DNA of 64,000 nt, taken from contig JBGTBN010000035.1 in NCBI GenBank assembly GCA_041749375.1, positions 7,016 to 71,015 of the forward strand. Direction: 5' to 3'. A program made the position numbers and the translations under genes. The notes under the pieces are model-generated. The model saw only the letters and a program-made list of their open reading frames with translations. It was not told the DNA's origin and ran no database searches. Below, piece by piece: positions 49,798-58,914 of this stretch (position 1 is its first letter; every line of letters begins with the position of its first letter). Origin of the DNA: Spirochaetota bacterium. Lineage in GTDB: Bacteria > Spirochaetota > UBA4802 > UBA5550.

Positions 49798-50716
49798 GCT
49801 CGTTTTTAAACCCGGCGAAATTCGGCAGATGAACATCCCCAAGCAGATAGAGCTGCCGTCGAAATACCAGAAGAACCTGATCGAGACCGAGGACTTCAAG
49901 GAGTTCGAGGTCGATGACGAGGGGAACCCGATAGACGTGTACCAGGGGCCGTCAATCGAGGAGATGGAGGCCGAGCTCGAGCGGTACCGCCGCGAGACCG
50001 AAGAAGAAGTCAAGGACATGCTGGAGCAGGGCCGGGGCCGCGCCAAGCAGATAGAAGAGGACGGCAGGCAGGCGGCGTTCCGCGAGCTCCAGTCCTCGAA
50101 AGAGCAGATCAGCATGGAGATGGACCGGCTCAAGGTCGAGTCGGAGCGCGAGATAGAGCGGGGCAAATTCGAAGCCGAGAAGATGATCAAGGAGGCCGAG
50201 CTGAAGGTCTCCGAGATCGAGCACGAAGCGTACAAGAAGGGATATGACGCCGGCCGCGAGGAAGGATACAAGGAGGGGCAGGCCGAGGTCATGCGGCTCA
50301 TCGACCGCCTGGGCACCATCGTATCCACCGCCGTCGATATCCGCGACGATATCATCAAGTCATCCGAGAAGCTGATGACTGAGATGATCCTGATGATCGC
50401 GCGCAAGGTCATCAAGGACGAGATCGTTGAGCGGCGCGAGGTCGTCATCAACAACATCAAGGAAGCGATCAAGCGGGTCAAGGACCGCGACCGGATCGAC
50501 ATCCGCGTCAATTTCGCGGACCTGGACATGACGACGGCGCACAAGGACGAGCTGATCAAGATGATGGAATCGTTGAAGAAAGTCAACATATACGAAGACT
50601 CCCGCGTCGAGCGGGGCGGCTGTATCATCGAGACGGACGTGGGCGCAATCGACGCGAAGATCTCGACGCAGCTTGACGCGATCGAGGAAGCGATCAGGAG
50701 CACGACGACAATTTAA
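49790..50716 (+). CDS. fliH: Flagellar assembly protein FliH
   Basis: Glu/Lys-rich coiled N-terminus and a FliH/YscL-like C-terminus (..VRVNFADLDM..RGGCIIETDVGAIDAKISTQLD). Start is either TTG 49790 (after GAGGAGG) or GTG 49775. Confidence 0.75.
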   Translation: MSKLVFKPGEIRQMNIPKQIELPSKYQKNLIETEDFKEFEVDDEGNPIDVYQGPSIEEMEAELERYRRETEEEVKDMLEQGRGRAKQIEEDGRQAAFRELQSSKEQISMEMDRLKVESEREIERGKFEAEKMIKEAELKVSEIEHEAYKKGYDAGREEGYKEGQAEVMRLIDRLGTIVSTAVDIRDDIIKSSEKLMTEMILMIARKVIKDEIVERREVVINNIKEAIKRVKDRDRIDIRVNFADLDMTTAHKDELIKMMESLKKVNIYEDSRVERGGCIIETDVGAIDAKISTQLDAIEEAIRSTTTI

Positions 50717-50776
50717 TGAACAACGCTCGCTATGCGGGCGTTTTCAATGCGGGTGAATGAGACATAATGTGTTATT

Positions 50777-50982
50777 TCCCCCCGTCCACTTCGACAGGCT
50801 CAGTGCATCGCCCCGGAGGGGGCACGGAGGAGGGGGTAATCAGTGATAAAAGTAACAACGTGCTATAGAAATGTTTCATATCGAATATAGAAAAGAACGA
50901 AAGGCCATATGCCGACAGCCGTGACATTGATGATACAGATTAGTTCCATCGCGCCCCCTTCGGGGGACGGGGGGGAGGTCGG
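50777..50982. repeat. C/G-rich repeat elements in the fliH-fliI gap
   Basis: CCCCGTCCACTTCGACAGGCTCAGTG..CCCCGGAGGGGGCACGGAGGAGGGGG (50777-840) and CCCCCttcGGGGGACGGGGGGGAGG (50954-80). Confidence 0.5.
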
Positions 50983-50985
50983 CCT

Positions 50986-52383
50986 ATGATAAAGATACTC
51001 CCTCATGAAAAAGTCGATATCCTGACCAAGTACAAGGATATCATCGAAGAGCTGGACCCGATCAGGCACACCGGCAAGGTCGAGCGCGTGGTGGGGCTCA
51101 CCATCGAGTCGATCGGTCCGGACGTCCAGTACGGCGAGCTGTGCAAGATACGGCTCGACCGCGGGGAGTACCTCTTTGCAGAGGTCGTGGGCTTCAACCG
51201 GAACCGGGTCGTGCTCATGCCGATCGGGGACATGAAGGGGATCGTGCCCGGGGCGGACGTCATCGCTGCCGGTTCCGCGCTCATGGTGCCGGTTGGCGAC
51301 CAGCTGCTCGGCAGGGTCATCTCCGGCGTTGGAGCGCCGCTTGACGGCAAGGGGGACATCTATACGCAGGAAAAATACCCGGTCACGAGCCTGCCGATCA
51401 ACCCGCTCGACCGGACCGTTATTAACCGTCCGCTCTCGGTGGGGATCAGGGCCATCGACGGGTTGAACACCGTGGGCCGCGGCCAGCGTATCGGCATATT
51501 CTCCGGATCGGGCGTTGGCAAATCGACGCTCATCGCCATGATCGCACGGTATACGGACGCGGACGTGAACGTGGTGGCGCTCATCGGAGAGCGCGGCCGC
51601 GAGGTGAAGGATTTCGTCGAGCGGGAGCTCGGCCCGGAGGGCCTGAAGAACACGGTGGTGGTCGTGGCCACCTCGAACCAGCCGGCGATGATGCGGATAC
51701 GCGGGGCCTACCTTGCACACGCGATAGCCGAGTATTTCCGGGACAAGGGCAGGCACGTCAACCTGATGATGGATTCGATCACGCGGTTTTCCATGGCCCA
51801 GCGCGAGGTCGGAATCGCAGCGGGGGAGCCGTCGTCCATGCGGGGATACCCGCCATCGACCTTCGCGCTCATGGCGAAGCTCATGGAGCGCGCCGGCACA
51901 ATAGCCACCGGCGGCAGCATCACCGGGTTTTACTCGGTGCTCGTCGAGGCGGACGACATGAACGAGCCGATCGCGGATCATGCCCGGAGCATACTGGACG
52001 GCCACATCGTGCTGGAGCGCCGGCTTGCCCACAAGGGCCATTACCCGGCTGTCGACATATTGCAGTCGATCTCGCGGTGCATGAAAGACGTGGTGACGCC
52101 GGAGCACGCGGCAGCGGCGAACAAGTTCCGCGAGCTCCTGGCCGCCTATACGGAGCACGAGGACGAGATAAGCCTGGGCGCGTACGCCAAAGGCTCGGTG
52201 CCATCGGTAGACCGGGCCATCGAGATGCTGCCCCAGATGAACGAATTTCTGAAGCAGGGGATATACGAGCGAGATCACCTGGACGCGATAGCGAAGCGGC
52301 TGATCGACATGTTCGCGGAGAAAAAGGCGGCGCGGCCCGAGATAGTGACGCGCACGCCCGCGTTCGCGAGGATCGTGCGGTAG
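50986..52383 (+). CDS. fliI: Flagellum-specific ATP synthase FliI
   Basis: Walker A GIFSGSGVGKSTL, plus RGREV and SITGFYSVLVEADDMNEPIAD. Confidence 0.95.
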   Translation: MIKILPHEKVDILTKYKDIIEELDPIRHTGKVERVVGLTIESIGPDVQYGELCKIRLDRGEYLFAEVVGFNRNRVVLMPIGDMKGIVPGADVIAAGSALMVPVGDQLLGRVISGVGAPLDGKGDIYTQEKYPVTSLPINPLDRTVINRPLSVGIRAIDGLNTVGRGQRIGIFSGSGVGKSTLIAMIARYTDADVNVVALIGERGREVKDFVERELGPEGLKNTVVVVATSNQPAMMRIRGAYLAHAIAEYFRDKGRHVNLMMDSITRFSMAQREVGIAAGEPSSMRGYPPSTFALMAKLMERAGTIATGGSITGFYSVLVEADDMNEPIADHARSILDGHIVLERRLAHKGHYPAVDILQSISRCMKDVVTPEHAAAANKFRELLAAYTEHEDEISLGAYAKGSVPSVDRAIEMLPQMNEFLKQGIYERDHLDAIAKRLIDMFAEKKAARPEIVTRTPAFARIVR

Positions 52384-52390
52384 GAAACGC

Positions 52391-52434
52391 GCGCCCGTGA
52401 AGGCGGGGATGAGCATCCCCGCCTTCACGGGCGC
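52391..52434. repeat. 20-bp perfect stem hairpin between fliI and fliJ
   Basis: GCGCCCGTGAAGGCGGGGAT-gagc-ATCCCCGCCTTCACGGGCGC. Confidence 0.75.
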
Positions 52435-52453
52435 ATGATGAGGTTGCCGATTC

Positions 52454-52912
52454 ATGAAAAAATTCAAATTCCGTCTCCAGACGCTTCTCAATATCCGGGA
52501 GGCGCGGGAGCGCGAGATACAGTACGAGCTTGCGAAGATCATAAGCCTGCAGAACCGCGAGCGGGAAAAACAGGCCGACCTGCGGCGACGCATCGAGGAG
52601 CAGAAGGTCCTGTTCGGCGACAAGCTGAAGAAGGGGGCCTATTCGTCCAGCGAGGCGATCCTGTTCGAGCGGTTCGTCGACGTGTCGCTCCGCGCCATCG
52701 ATACGGCAGAAGAGCGCATCCGCGGGATGGAGCCGCAGATCCAGGAGGTGCGGAACCGCCTGATCGAGGCTTCGCGCGAGCGGAAGGTCGTGGAGAAGCT
52801 CCGGGACCGCAAGAAGGCGGAGCATGCGTACGAGGTCAACAAGGAGCTCGCCAAGGAAAACGACGAGACGAACATGAAGATATACGCAATGAGAAAGAAG
52901 GAGCCGGCGTAG
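52454..52912 (+). CDS. fliJ: Flagellar export chaperone FliJ
   Basis: Coiled-coil protein of 152 aa starting MKKFKFRLQTLLNIREAREREIQYELAKI. Positioned after fliI. Confidence 0.75.
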   Translation: MKKFKFRLQTLLNIREAREREIQYELAKIISLQNREREKQADLRRRIEEQKVLFGDKLKKGAYSSSEAILFERFVDVSLRAIDTAEERIRGMEPQIQEVRNRLIEASRERKVVEKLRDRKKAEHAYEVNKELAKENDETNMKIYAMRKKEPA

Positions 52913-52913
52913 C

Positions 52914-53483
52914 ATGATAGACAACATGTACACAATCATGAGGCGTATCAACGAGATCCGCGGAAGGTTCGGGGCCGGCATGAACCGTCAGCCTGCCGTC
53001 GGCGGCGGCGCTGGAACTGCCGGATACCGGGAGATGCAGGACCAGGCTGTTGCCGGGGCGCGTGACAGCGAGATCGCCGGGATCAAGGGGAAAACCGTTG
53101 AAGAGATCGGCATGATCGCCGATCATTTCGCCGGCGTCAACAGGGTGCCTCCGGCGCTTGTCCGTGCCGTGATTGAGGCCGAATCGGGTTACAACCCGGA
53201 GGCCGTTTCGCCGAAGGGGGCGAAGGGTCTGATGCAGCTCATGCCGTCGGTGATCAGCGACATGGGCGTGGAAGACCCGTTCGACCCGGCGGAGAACATC
53301 AACGCAGGCGTCGGGCTCCTGAAAGACCTTTTGACCGAGTATAACGGCGACTACTCGAAGGCGCTGGCGGCGTACAACGCGGGCCGGAAGGCGGTCAACG
53401 AGAGCGGCGGCGTTCCGGATTACCCGGAGACCCGTCAGTACGTGAATAAAGTGATAGAAGCATACGTGAAAAACAGCCAGTAG
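52914..53483 (+). CDS. Lytic transglycosylase (SLT/GH23 domain), flagellar-operon associated
   Basis: AVIEAESGYNPEAVSPKGAKGLMQLMP..AYNAG. Confidence 0.85.
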   Translation: MIDNMYTIMRRINEIRGRFGAGMNRQPAVGGGAGTAGYREMQDQAVAGARDSEIAGIKGKTVEEIGMIADHFAGVNRVPPALVRAVIEAESGYNPEAVSPKGAKGLMQLMPSVISDMGVEDPFDPAENINAGVGLLKDLLTEYNGDYSKALAAYNAGRKAVNESGGVPDYPETRQYVNKVIEAYVKNSQ

Positions 53484-53520
53484 TCTCCCGCTGAACAGCG
53501 GGGACGTCCGGGAGGGAACC

Positions 53521-54126
53521 ATGAGGAATATATCGAACAGAGCCAAAATATTCTACCTGATACTGTTGATCATGTTTATATCAGGGTTCGGCGTGCTGTG
53601 GATGGATTACATCGGCCTCATGGACCTGTCCACGTACGCTGAAAGTCTGCGGGGCGAGCCGGCGCTCGTGACCCAGGCGGATGACGACGAGCCCTCGCTG
53701 ATGGAGCGCGAGGAATTCGACAAGGAGAAGCAGAAGCTTCTCGAGCGGGTCGAGGACCTGGACAAAAGGGATGCGCTCATCACCGAGCGGGAAAAGGAGA
53801 TCGAAGCGCAGAAGGAAAAATTCGAGGAGACCCGCAGGGGCCTGGACCTCGAAAAGAAGAAGTTCACGCTCGAAAAAGGCCAGTACTCCGGCTATCGGAA
53901 GAACGTGAAGATCCTGGCGGACAAGATCGTCAACATGCCCCCGAAAAGCTCGGTCGATATCATGCTTAACTGGGAAGATCCCCTGATTATCGATGTCCTC
54001 CGCCAGATCGATAACGATGCCCAGGAAGCCGGGAAAGCGAGCATAACCCCGTATCTCATGAAGATCATGTCCGATACGCAGTCGGACCGGGCCAGCCGTA
54101 TCATGTACCTCATGACCCAGCTTTAA
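53521..54126 (+). CDS. Flagellar-operon membrane/coiled-coil protein (YlxF/FlbB-like, MgtE-N-like C-terminus)
   Basis: N-terminal TM helix, a Glu/Lys coiled coil, and C-terminal PPKSSVDIMLNWEDPLIIDVLRQI..ASRIMYLM. Assignment rests on position and pattern. Confidence 0.5.
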   Translation: MRNISNRAKIFYLILLIMFISGFGVLWMDYIGLMDLSTYAESLRGEPALVTQADDDEPSLMEREEFDKEKQKLLERVEDLDKRDALITEREKEIEAQKEKFEETRRGLDLEKKKFTLEKGQYSGYRKNVKILADKIVNMPPKSSVDIMLNWEDPLIIDVLRQIDNDAQEAGKASITPYLMKIMSDTQSDRASRIMYLMTQL

Positions 54127-54284
54127 TTGTCAGAAATAAAAACTTGACAATAGGCGATTACCTGAAGTAATTAATCAAACGGAAGGCGGAACGGTTCCCG
54201 CGAGGGATGCGTATCCCCTTTCACTTGAAGGGTCCGTGCCGCGCCTCCCGGCTGCGCGGAATACACTATCGAACGGTGACCGCC

Positions 54285-55070
54285 ATGAAGAACAGGGATG
54301 ATCGGGATAGGATGGACCGCGAGCTCGGCTCTTTTGACCTGAATGTCATTAATATCATGACCCACCTCTACAAGAGCGGCGCAGTGGAAGACGATGTGAT
54401 GGAAACCCTGCGGAAGCTGAACTTCGAATATCATACCCTCCTCGATAAAAACGGCATTCTCGAAGAAAAGGTCAATATTGACTGGAAGACAAATCTTTTA
54501 AAATACAGGGACGATTACCTCACCATGATCGTCAAGTCAGCGTCCCGCATCATTGAGATCATCCCCAGCGAAAAGTACATGGTGGCGTATATCCGGTTCG
54601 ACATCGACAACTTCGCCAAGCTGAACAACCGTTTCGGGCACGATAAGGGCGATATCGTGCTCATAGATCTCGCCACCATTCTGAAAACGTTTTCCAGGCC
54701 CACGGACTACGCCATACGCTTCGGCGGCGAGGAGTTCGATGTCATCCTTCCCTCGACCGACCTGAAGGGGGCGGTCACGTTTCTTGACAAGATATACAAG
54801 AACCTGCGCAGCCTCCGCTACAACTTCGACAACACGGACATCCAGGTCACCGTGAGCGCCGGCGTCGCGCTGTACACGCTCGAGTTGAGCAGGCTTAAGC
54901 GGATCAACGGGGATATCATCAAGCAGGAGTACCTCAAGCTGCAGAAGGCGGCGGATGACGCGCTCTATGACGCCAAGTTTTCCGGGAAAAACCAGTACAA
55001 GATCTACAACGACAAAATTGATTACACGGATATCCGCAAGAAGTACGCCGAAGAGGGCGGGCGCGCCTAG
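54285..55070 (+). CDS. Diguanylate cyclase (GGDEF domain) with an I-site
   Basis: RPTDYAIRFGGEEF contains RxxD five residues before GGEEF. DIDNFAKLNNRFGHDKGD is also present. Start is uncertain (54285 or 54207). Confidence 0.85.
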   Translation: MKNRDDRDRMDRELGSFDLNVINIMTHLYKSGAVEDDVMETLRKLNFEYHTLLDKNGILEEKVNIDWKTNLLKYRDDYLTMIVKSASRIIEIIPSEKYMVAYIRFDIDNFAKLNNRFGHDKGDIVLIDLATILKTFSRPTDYAIRFGGEEFDVILPSTDLKGAVTFLDKIYKNLRSLRYNFDNTDIQVTVSAGVALYTLELSRLKRINGDIIKQEYLKLQKAADDALYDAKFSGKNQYKIYNDKIDYTDIRKKYAEEGGRA

Positions 55071-55663
55071 TCCCCGGCGCCGGCGGCCGCGTGCTCTTCG
55101 ATAAGGCCGAGGAGCTCCCTTCTCCCTTCCTCGGATTTCGCTGATGACAGGAAGATCGCGTCCCGGGGCACGCCCAGCGCGCCCGCGATCGCCGCAATGC
55201 TCCGCGCACGCTGGCCCCTGGAGAGCTTATCGCATTTCGTAAGAGTCACGGCCACGGCCACGCCCCTGCCTGTCAGCAGGGACAGGATCTCCAGCTCGGC
55301 GTCGTCCGGGACCCGCCGCACGTCGATCAATAAAAAAGCGAGCCGCAGGTTGTCGCGCCCATTGATATAGTTTCTGATCAGGGGGAGAAACCCCTTGCGG
55401 ATAGAGTGCGGCAGCTTTGCGTAGCCGAAACCCGGCAGGTCGGCCAGGGAGATCGATTCATTGAGCAGGAAGAAGTTAACGGCTTTCGTGACGCCAGGCA
55501 TGGAGCCAGTCTTCACCAGCCCGTGCTTTTTTACGAGCATGTTGATCAGCGAGGATTTGCCTACGTTCGAACGGCCGAAAAACGCGATCTCGGGATGACG
55601 GTACCGTGGAAATTGCGGCACGGCGGTGCAGGTTTTAAGGAAATGCACGTCTCGGATTTTCAT
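55067..55663 (-). CDS. engB: Ribosome-biogenesis GTP-binding protein EngB/YihA
   Basis: EIAFFGRSNVGKSSLIN..PGVTKAVNFF..DLPGFGYAK..TKCDK. Confidence 0.85.
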   Translation of the reverse strand: MKIRDVHFLKTCTAVPQFPRYRHPEIAFFGRSNVGKSSLINMLVKKHGLVKTGSMPGVTKAVNFFLLNESISLADLPGFGYAKLPHSIRKGFLPLIRNYINGRDNLRLAFLLIDVRRVPDDAELEILSLLTGRGVAVAVTLTKCDKLSRGQRARSIAAIAGALGVPRDAIFLSSAKSEEGRRELLGLIEEHAAAGAGD

Positions 55664-55668
55664 TATTA

Positions 55669-56103
55669 TCAGAGCTCCCGTTCCATCAGGATCGCGTCGA
55701 TCCCCTCGTAGTACCGCTTGCGCCTGCCGCTCTCGGTGAAACCGCCGCTCCGGTAAAAGGAGCGGGCCCGCTCGTTCAGCTCGCTCACTTCAAGATACAT
55801 CTTTCGCGCCCGCCCGGTGCGGCGTGCGGCCCCGATAATGTGGTCCATCAGCATGCTGCCGAGCCCGCGCCTGCGCGCGTCCTCCCGTATGCCGATGTTG
55901 TTGAGCTGCATCTCGTCCGAGACAGTCCAGATGACCGCGAACCCGACGACCGCGCCCCTGTCATCGATCACCCATACGTCGGAGAAGGCGAGGCTGAGTT
56001 CGTCCTCGAACTGGCGGCGGTTCCAGCGCGCCTGGCCCTGACTCTCGATCATGTGCATCGCGTCCAGGTCGCCTGCGGTCGCTTTTCTGATCACGGGGAC
56101 CAT
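55669..56103 (-). CDS. rimI: GNAT N-acetyltransferase (RimI-like)
   Basis: IGIREDARRRGLGSMLMDHII..YLEVSELNERARSFYRSGGF. The rimI call is tentative. Confidence 0.6.
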   Translation of the reverse strand: MVPVIRKATAGDLDAMHMIESQGQARWNRRQFEDELSLAFSDVWVIDDRGAVVGFAVIWTVSDEMQLNNIGIREDARRRGLGSMLMDHIIGAARRTGRARKMYLEVSELNERARSFYRSGGFTESGRRKRYYEGIDAILMEREL

Positions 56104-56136
56104 CGGCGGGTCGAAGCGGCGGGCGGCGCCGTCACC

Positions 56137-56913
56137 TCAGTTGTCTTTCGGAACCGGATCGCGCTTAGCAAGGAAGGCCGCTACGCCTTCGCGCTTGTTC
56201 TCCGTTTCGCAGAGCGTGCCGAACGAATCCCTCTCCAGCTTGAGTGCTGCGCTGAAGTCAAGGGTTATGCCCGTGCGGATGACGTTCATCGCCGCCTTGA
56301 TTGCCGGCCGGCCCCGGAGCGCTATTGCATGGGCGAGCTTCATCGCCTCGTTGACCGCCTCGCCTTTCGGGGCGGTACGGTTGACCATGCCGTATTCCGC
56401 CGCCTGGCGGCCGCTTATGAAATTGCCGGAGAGGACGAGCTCGTACGCGCGGCCCGTACCGAAGAGGCGCGGCGCGCGCTGTGTGCCTCCGAAACCGGGG
56501 ATGATGCCCAGCTTGATCTCGGGGAGTCCCATCTGCGCCGTTTCGTCGGCGATGCGGATGTGGCACGCGAGGGCCAGCTCGGTGCCGCCTCCCAGCGCGA
56601 ACCCGTTGATGGCCGCGATGAAGGGCTTGTCGCCGTTCTCGATGATATTGAGGAGCTCCTGGCCCTGGATGAGCCAGTCGCTTCCAGCTTTCTGAGTGTT
56701 AATGGCAGTGAATTCGCTGATCTCGGCCCCTGCGATGAAGGCCCTTCCTTCGCCGGTGAACACAACCACGCGGACGGCATTGTCCGCAAGCGCCTTCTCA
56801 ACAGCTTCCCTGATGTCTTTTATGACAGGTGTGCCGAGCGCGTTCATGGGCGGGTTATTGATGACCATGAGAGCGACCCCTTTGTCGTCTACGGTATAAC
56901 TGCAGGTTGACAT
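56137..56913 (-). CDS. Enoyl-CoA hydratase/isomerase (crotonase family), paralogue of 22606..23385
   Basis: VVVFTGEGRAFIAGAEI..AAINGFALGGGTELALACHIRI. Confidence 0.9.
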   Translation of the reverse strand: MSTCSYTVDDKGVALMVINNPPMNALGTPVIKDIREAVEKALADNAVRVVVFTGEGRAFIAGAEISEFTAINTQKAGSDWLIQGQELLNIIENGDKPFIAAINGFALGGGTELALACHIRIADETAQMGLPEIKLGIIPGFGGTQRAPRLFGTGRAYELVLSGNFISGRQAAEYGMVNRTAPKGEAVNEAMKLAHAIALRGRPAIKAAMNVIRTGITLDFSAALKLERDSFGTLCETENKREGVAAFLAKRDPVPKDN

Positions 56914-57091
56914 TGATTTCTCCTTGCTCGTTTTTGATGATTATTCGAGGTGTGCCGGCCTGCTGTCAATTCATTTCTGGCGTTCTGCTTGAACATGCTT
57001 GCTGTGTTTCAGTTGGAAGAATGTACGCAGGGAAACTATCGCTGGTACCGTAGAAAATCAAGCACAAGTTATTTAAGTTCAATAGACTTGT

Positions 57092-57165
57092 TGCGAAACC
57101 CCATCCTGGGAGTTTCGCACATTCGCTCCGTGAATGTGCCTGCATCTTTGCAGGCATTTAATTTG
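57092..57165 (+). ncRNA. Candidate structured small RNA 3' end / orphan intrinsic terminator
   Basis: Three consecutive stems (57092-119, 57120-36, 57137-56). The last is followed by TTTAATTT. There is no credible + strand CDS upstream. Confidence 0.3.
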
Positions 57166-57370
57166 ATCTGAAACAACTCAAATGATGATAAATAGAAATG
57201 CGAAGAAGAAACAAAAAAGAATGTATGAATGTGAAGAAGTGCAAGGATGAAGCATAAGCATATTAATATCATCCAGCAGCATATAAATTGCAATAATGCC
57301 GATAACAATCGGTATTATTTATAATACGCAAAAAAAATAAAATTATTATCGAGAAAATAGTATTAATTAG

Positions 57371-57388
57371 TTGACAAACCGTCCGGTT
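57371..57388 (+). promoter_or_regulatory. TTGACA box abutting inverted repeat AACCG-TC-CGGTT (operator candidate)
   Basis: TTGACA at 57371-76 and the inverted repeat at 57377-88, about 75 nt upstream of the GMC gene at 57463. A TetR gene lies downstream at 58915. Confidence 0.4.
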
Positions 57389-57462
57389 GGTTTTTTGTTT
57401 ATTTATAACGAATGTTCGATATAAATAGAAGGGCATTATTATAATACATTCAGGGGAGGAGC

Positions 57463-58815
57463 ATGATGAATTTAGATAATCAGCAATTTGATGCTATCGT
57501 TGTCGGCACCGGTCCGGGGGGCGCGACTGTTGCCAAAGAGTTATCCGCTAAAGGCAAAAAAGTCCTGATGCTCGAGTGGGGGCCGGGCGATCCGGTGAAA
57601 GGAAACTTCCGCCAGTATTTCTTCGAGCAGCTGATGCCCGGAAAATGCATGCTCATCACCAACCAGTTCCTCGGCATGGTGCGCGGTATCACGACGGGCG
57701 GCAGCTCTCTGTTTTATTATGGAACCGCGTTTCCCGTCCCGCACAAGATGCTGGCCAAACACGGTATCGACGTGGCGGCCGAGGAAAAGGAAGCGCGGCA
57801 GGAGCTGCCCATCGCTCCGCTCAAGGACGAGATGGTGACGCCGATGGCGCGTACCATAATGAACACGGCGCGCGACCTCGGATACGACTGGAAGAAGCTG
57901 GACAAATTCATGTACCAGGACCGGTGGCAGCCGGACTATAAATTCGGCTACTACGGGGATCCTCACAGGGTGAAGTGGAGCGCGCGCATGTATGTTGAGG
58001 AGGCGGTCAGCAATGGCGCCGTACTAATCAACAAGGCAAAGGTCAGCAACGTCATTTTCAACGGCAACAAGGCTGTCGGCGTCGTTGTGAAAATTAAACG
58101 AAAGACCCATGAGATCTTTGCCCCGAATATAGTGCTCGCGGCAGGAGGCATAGGTTCCGCGGTCATTCTCCGCGCCAGCGGCATCGAGGAGGCCGGGTAT
58201 CATTTCTTCTATGACCCGCTCATCTCCGTGTGCGGCAGGGTGAAGGCCCCCCGGAAGAAGATCAGCGAAATACCGATGTCAACCGGGTGCCATATGGCGG
58301 ATGAAGGTTATGTCATGACCGACATGGCTCTCCCCACAATGATCGACAAGATGTTCGCCCTGGAGGTATTCAGGTTCTGGCGCCTGTTCCAGGCGCGGAA
58401 GACGCTGCGCATAATGATAAAAGCAAAAGACGACCTGGCCGGCAGGCTCACCAACAGCGGCGGCGTGCGGAAGGCGCTCACGAAAAACGACAGGGCCAAG
58501 CTAATGAAGGGATATGAACGGGCCAAGGAGATCCTGAAAAAGGCGGGCGCAAAGGGAATATACAAGACCTGGTACCTGGCCGCGCATCCGGGCGGAACCG
58601 TTAAAATCGGGCAGATACTGGACGCGAACCTCGGAGTGAAACAGTACAAAAACCTGTACGTGTGCGACTGCTCGGTCATCCCCGAGCCGTGGGGACTGCC
58701 GCCGGCGCTGACGATCATCTGCCTGGGCAAGCGCCTTGCAAAGCACCTGATGACGGGGAAACAGTCCATACCCGCAAAAATTGTGAAAACAATTAAAGAG
58801 AAGCTGAGAAACTGA
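57463..58815 (+). CDS. GMC-family FAD oxidoreductase (short, 450 aa)
   Basis: GGAGGAG SD. FDAIVVGTGPGGATVAKELSAKG, and C-terminal HPGGTVKIG..YVCDCSVIPEPWGLPPALTI. Confidence 0.85.
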   Translation: MMNLDNQQFDAIVVGTGPGGATVAKELSAKGKKVLMLEWGPGDPVKGNFRQYFFEQLMPGKCMLITNQFLGMVRGITTGGSSLFYYGTAFPVPHKMLAKHGIDVAAEEKEARQELPIAPLKDEMVTPMARTIMNTARDLGYDWKKLDKFMYQDRWQPDYKFGYYGDPHRVKWSARMYVEEAVSNGAVLINKAKVSNVIFNGNKAVGVVVKIKRKTHEIFAPNIVLAAGGIGSAVILRASGIEEAGYHFFYDPLISVCGRVKAPRKKISEIPMSTGCHMADEGYVMTDMALPTMIDKMFALEVFRFWRLFQARKTLRIMIKAKDDLAGRLTNSGGVRKALTKNDRAKLMKGYERAKEILKKAGAKGIYKTWYLAAHPGGTVKIGQILDANLGVKQYKNLYVCDCSVIPEPWGLPPALTIICLGKRLAKHLMTGKQSIPAKIVKTIKEKLRN

Positions 58816-58914
58816 CAGCCGTACCGGACCCGCGGTGCCGCACCCGTCAGAAAGACCGGAGGACGGGGTGACGCCGCTGGGGCGGATAACGATGATAAAG
58901 GGGAACACCAGAAA

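Noticed and set aside
48961-50703. A 580-aa minus-strand ORF spanning fliG and fliH
   Set aside because: It is fully antisense to two well-supported flagellar genes. Its product is low-complexity and Ser/Leu/Arg-rich, as expected from the complement of Glu/Lys-rich coding sequence. No SD is present. Long antisense ORFs are common in GC-rich DNA.
50863-52623. A 586-aa minus-strand ORF antisense to fliI
   Set aside because: It shows the same antisense artefact, with an Arg/His/Pro-rich translation and no motifs. fliI on the + strand has Walker motifs.
57069-57308. A 79-aa hydrophobic minus-strand ORF in the 549-nt intergenic region
   Set aside because: It has no SD, lies in AT-rich low-complexity sequence, and overlaps the predicted hairpins.
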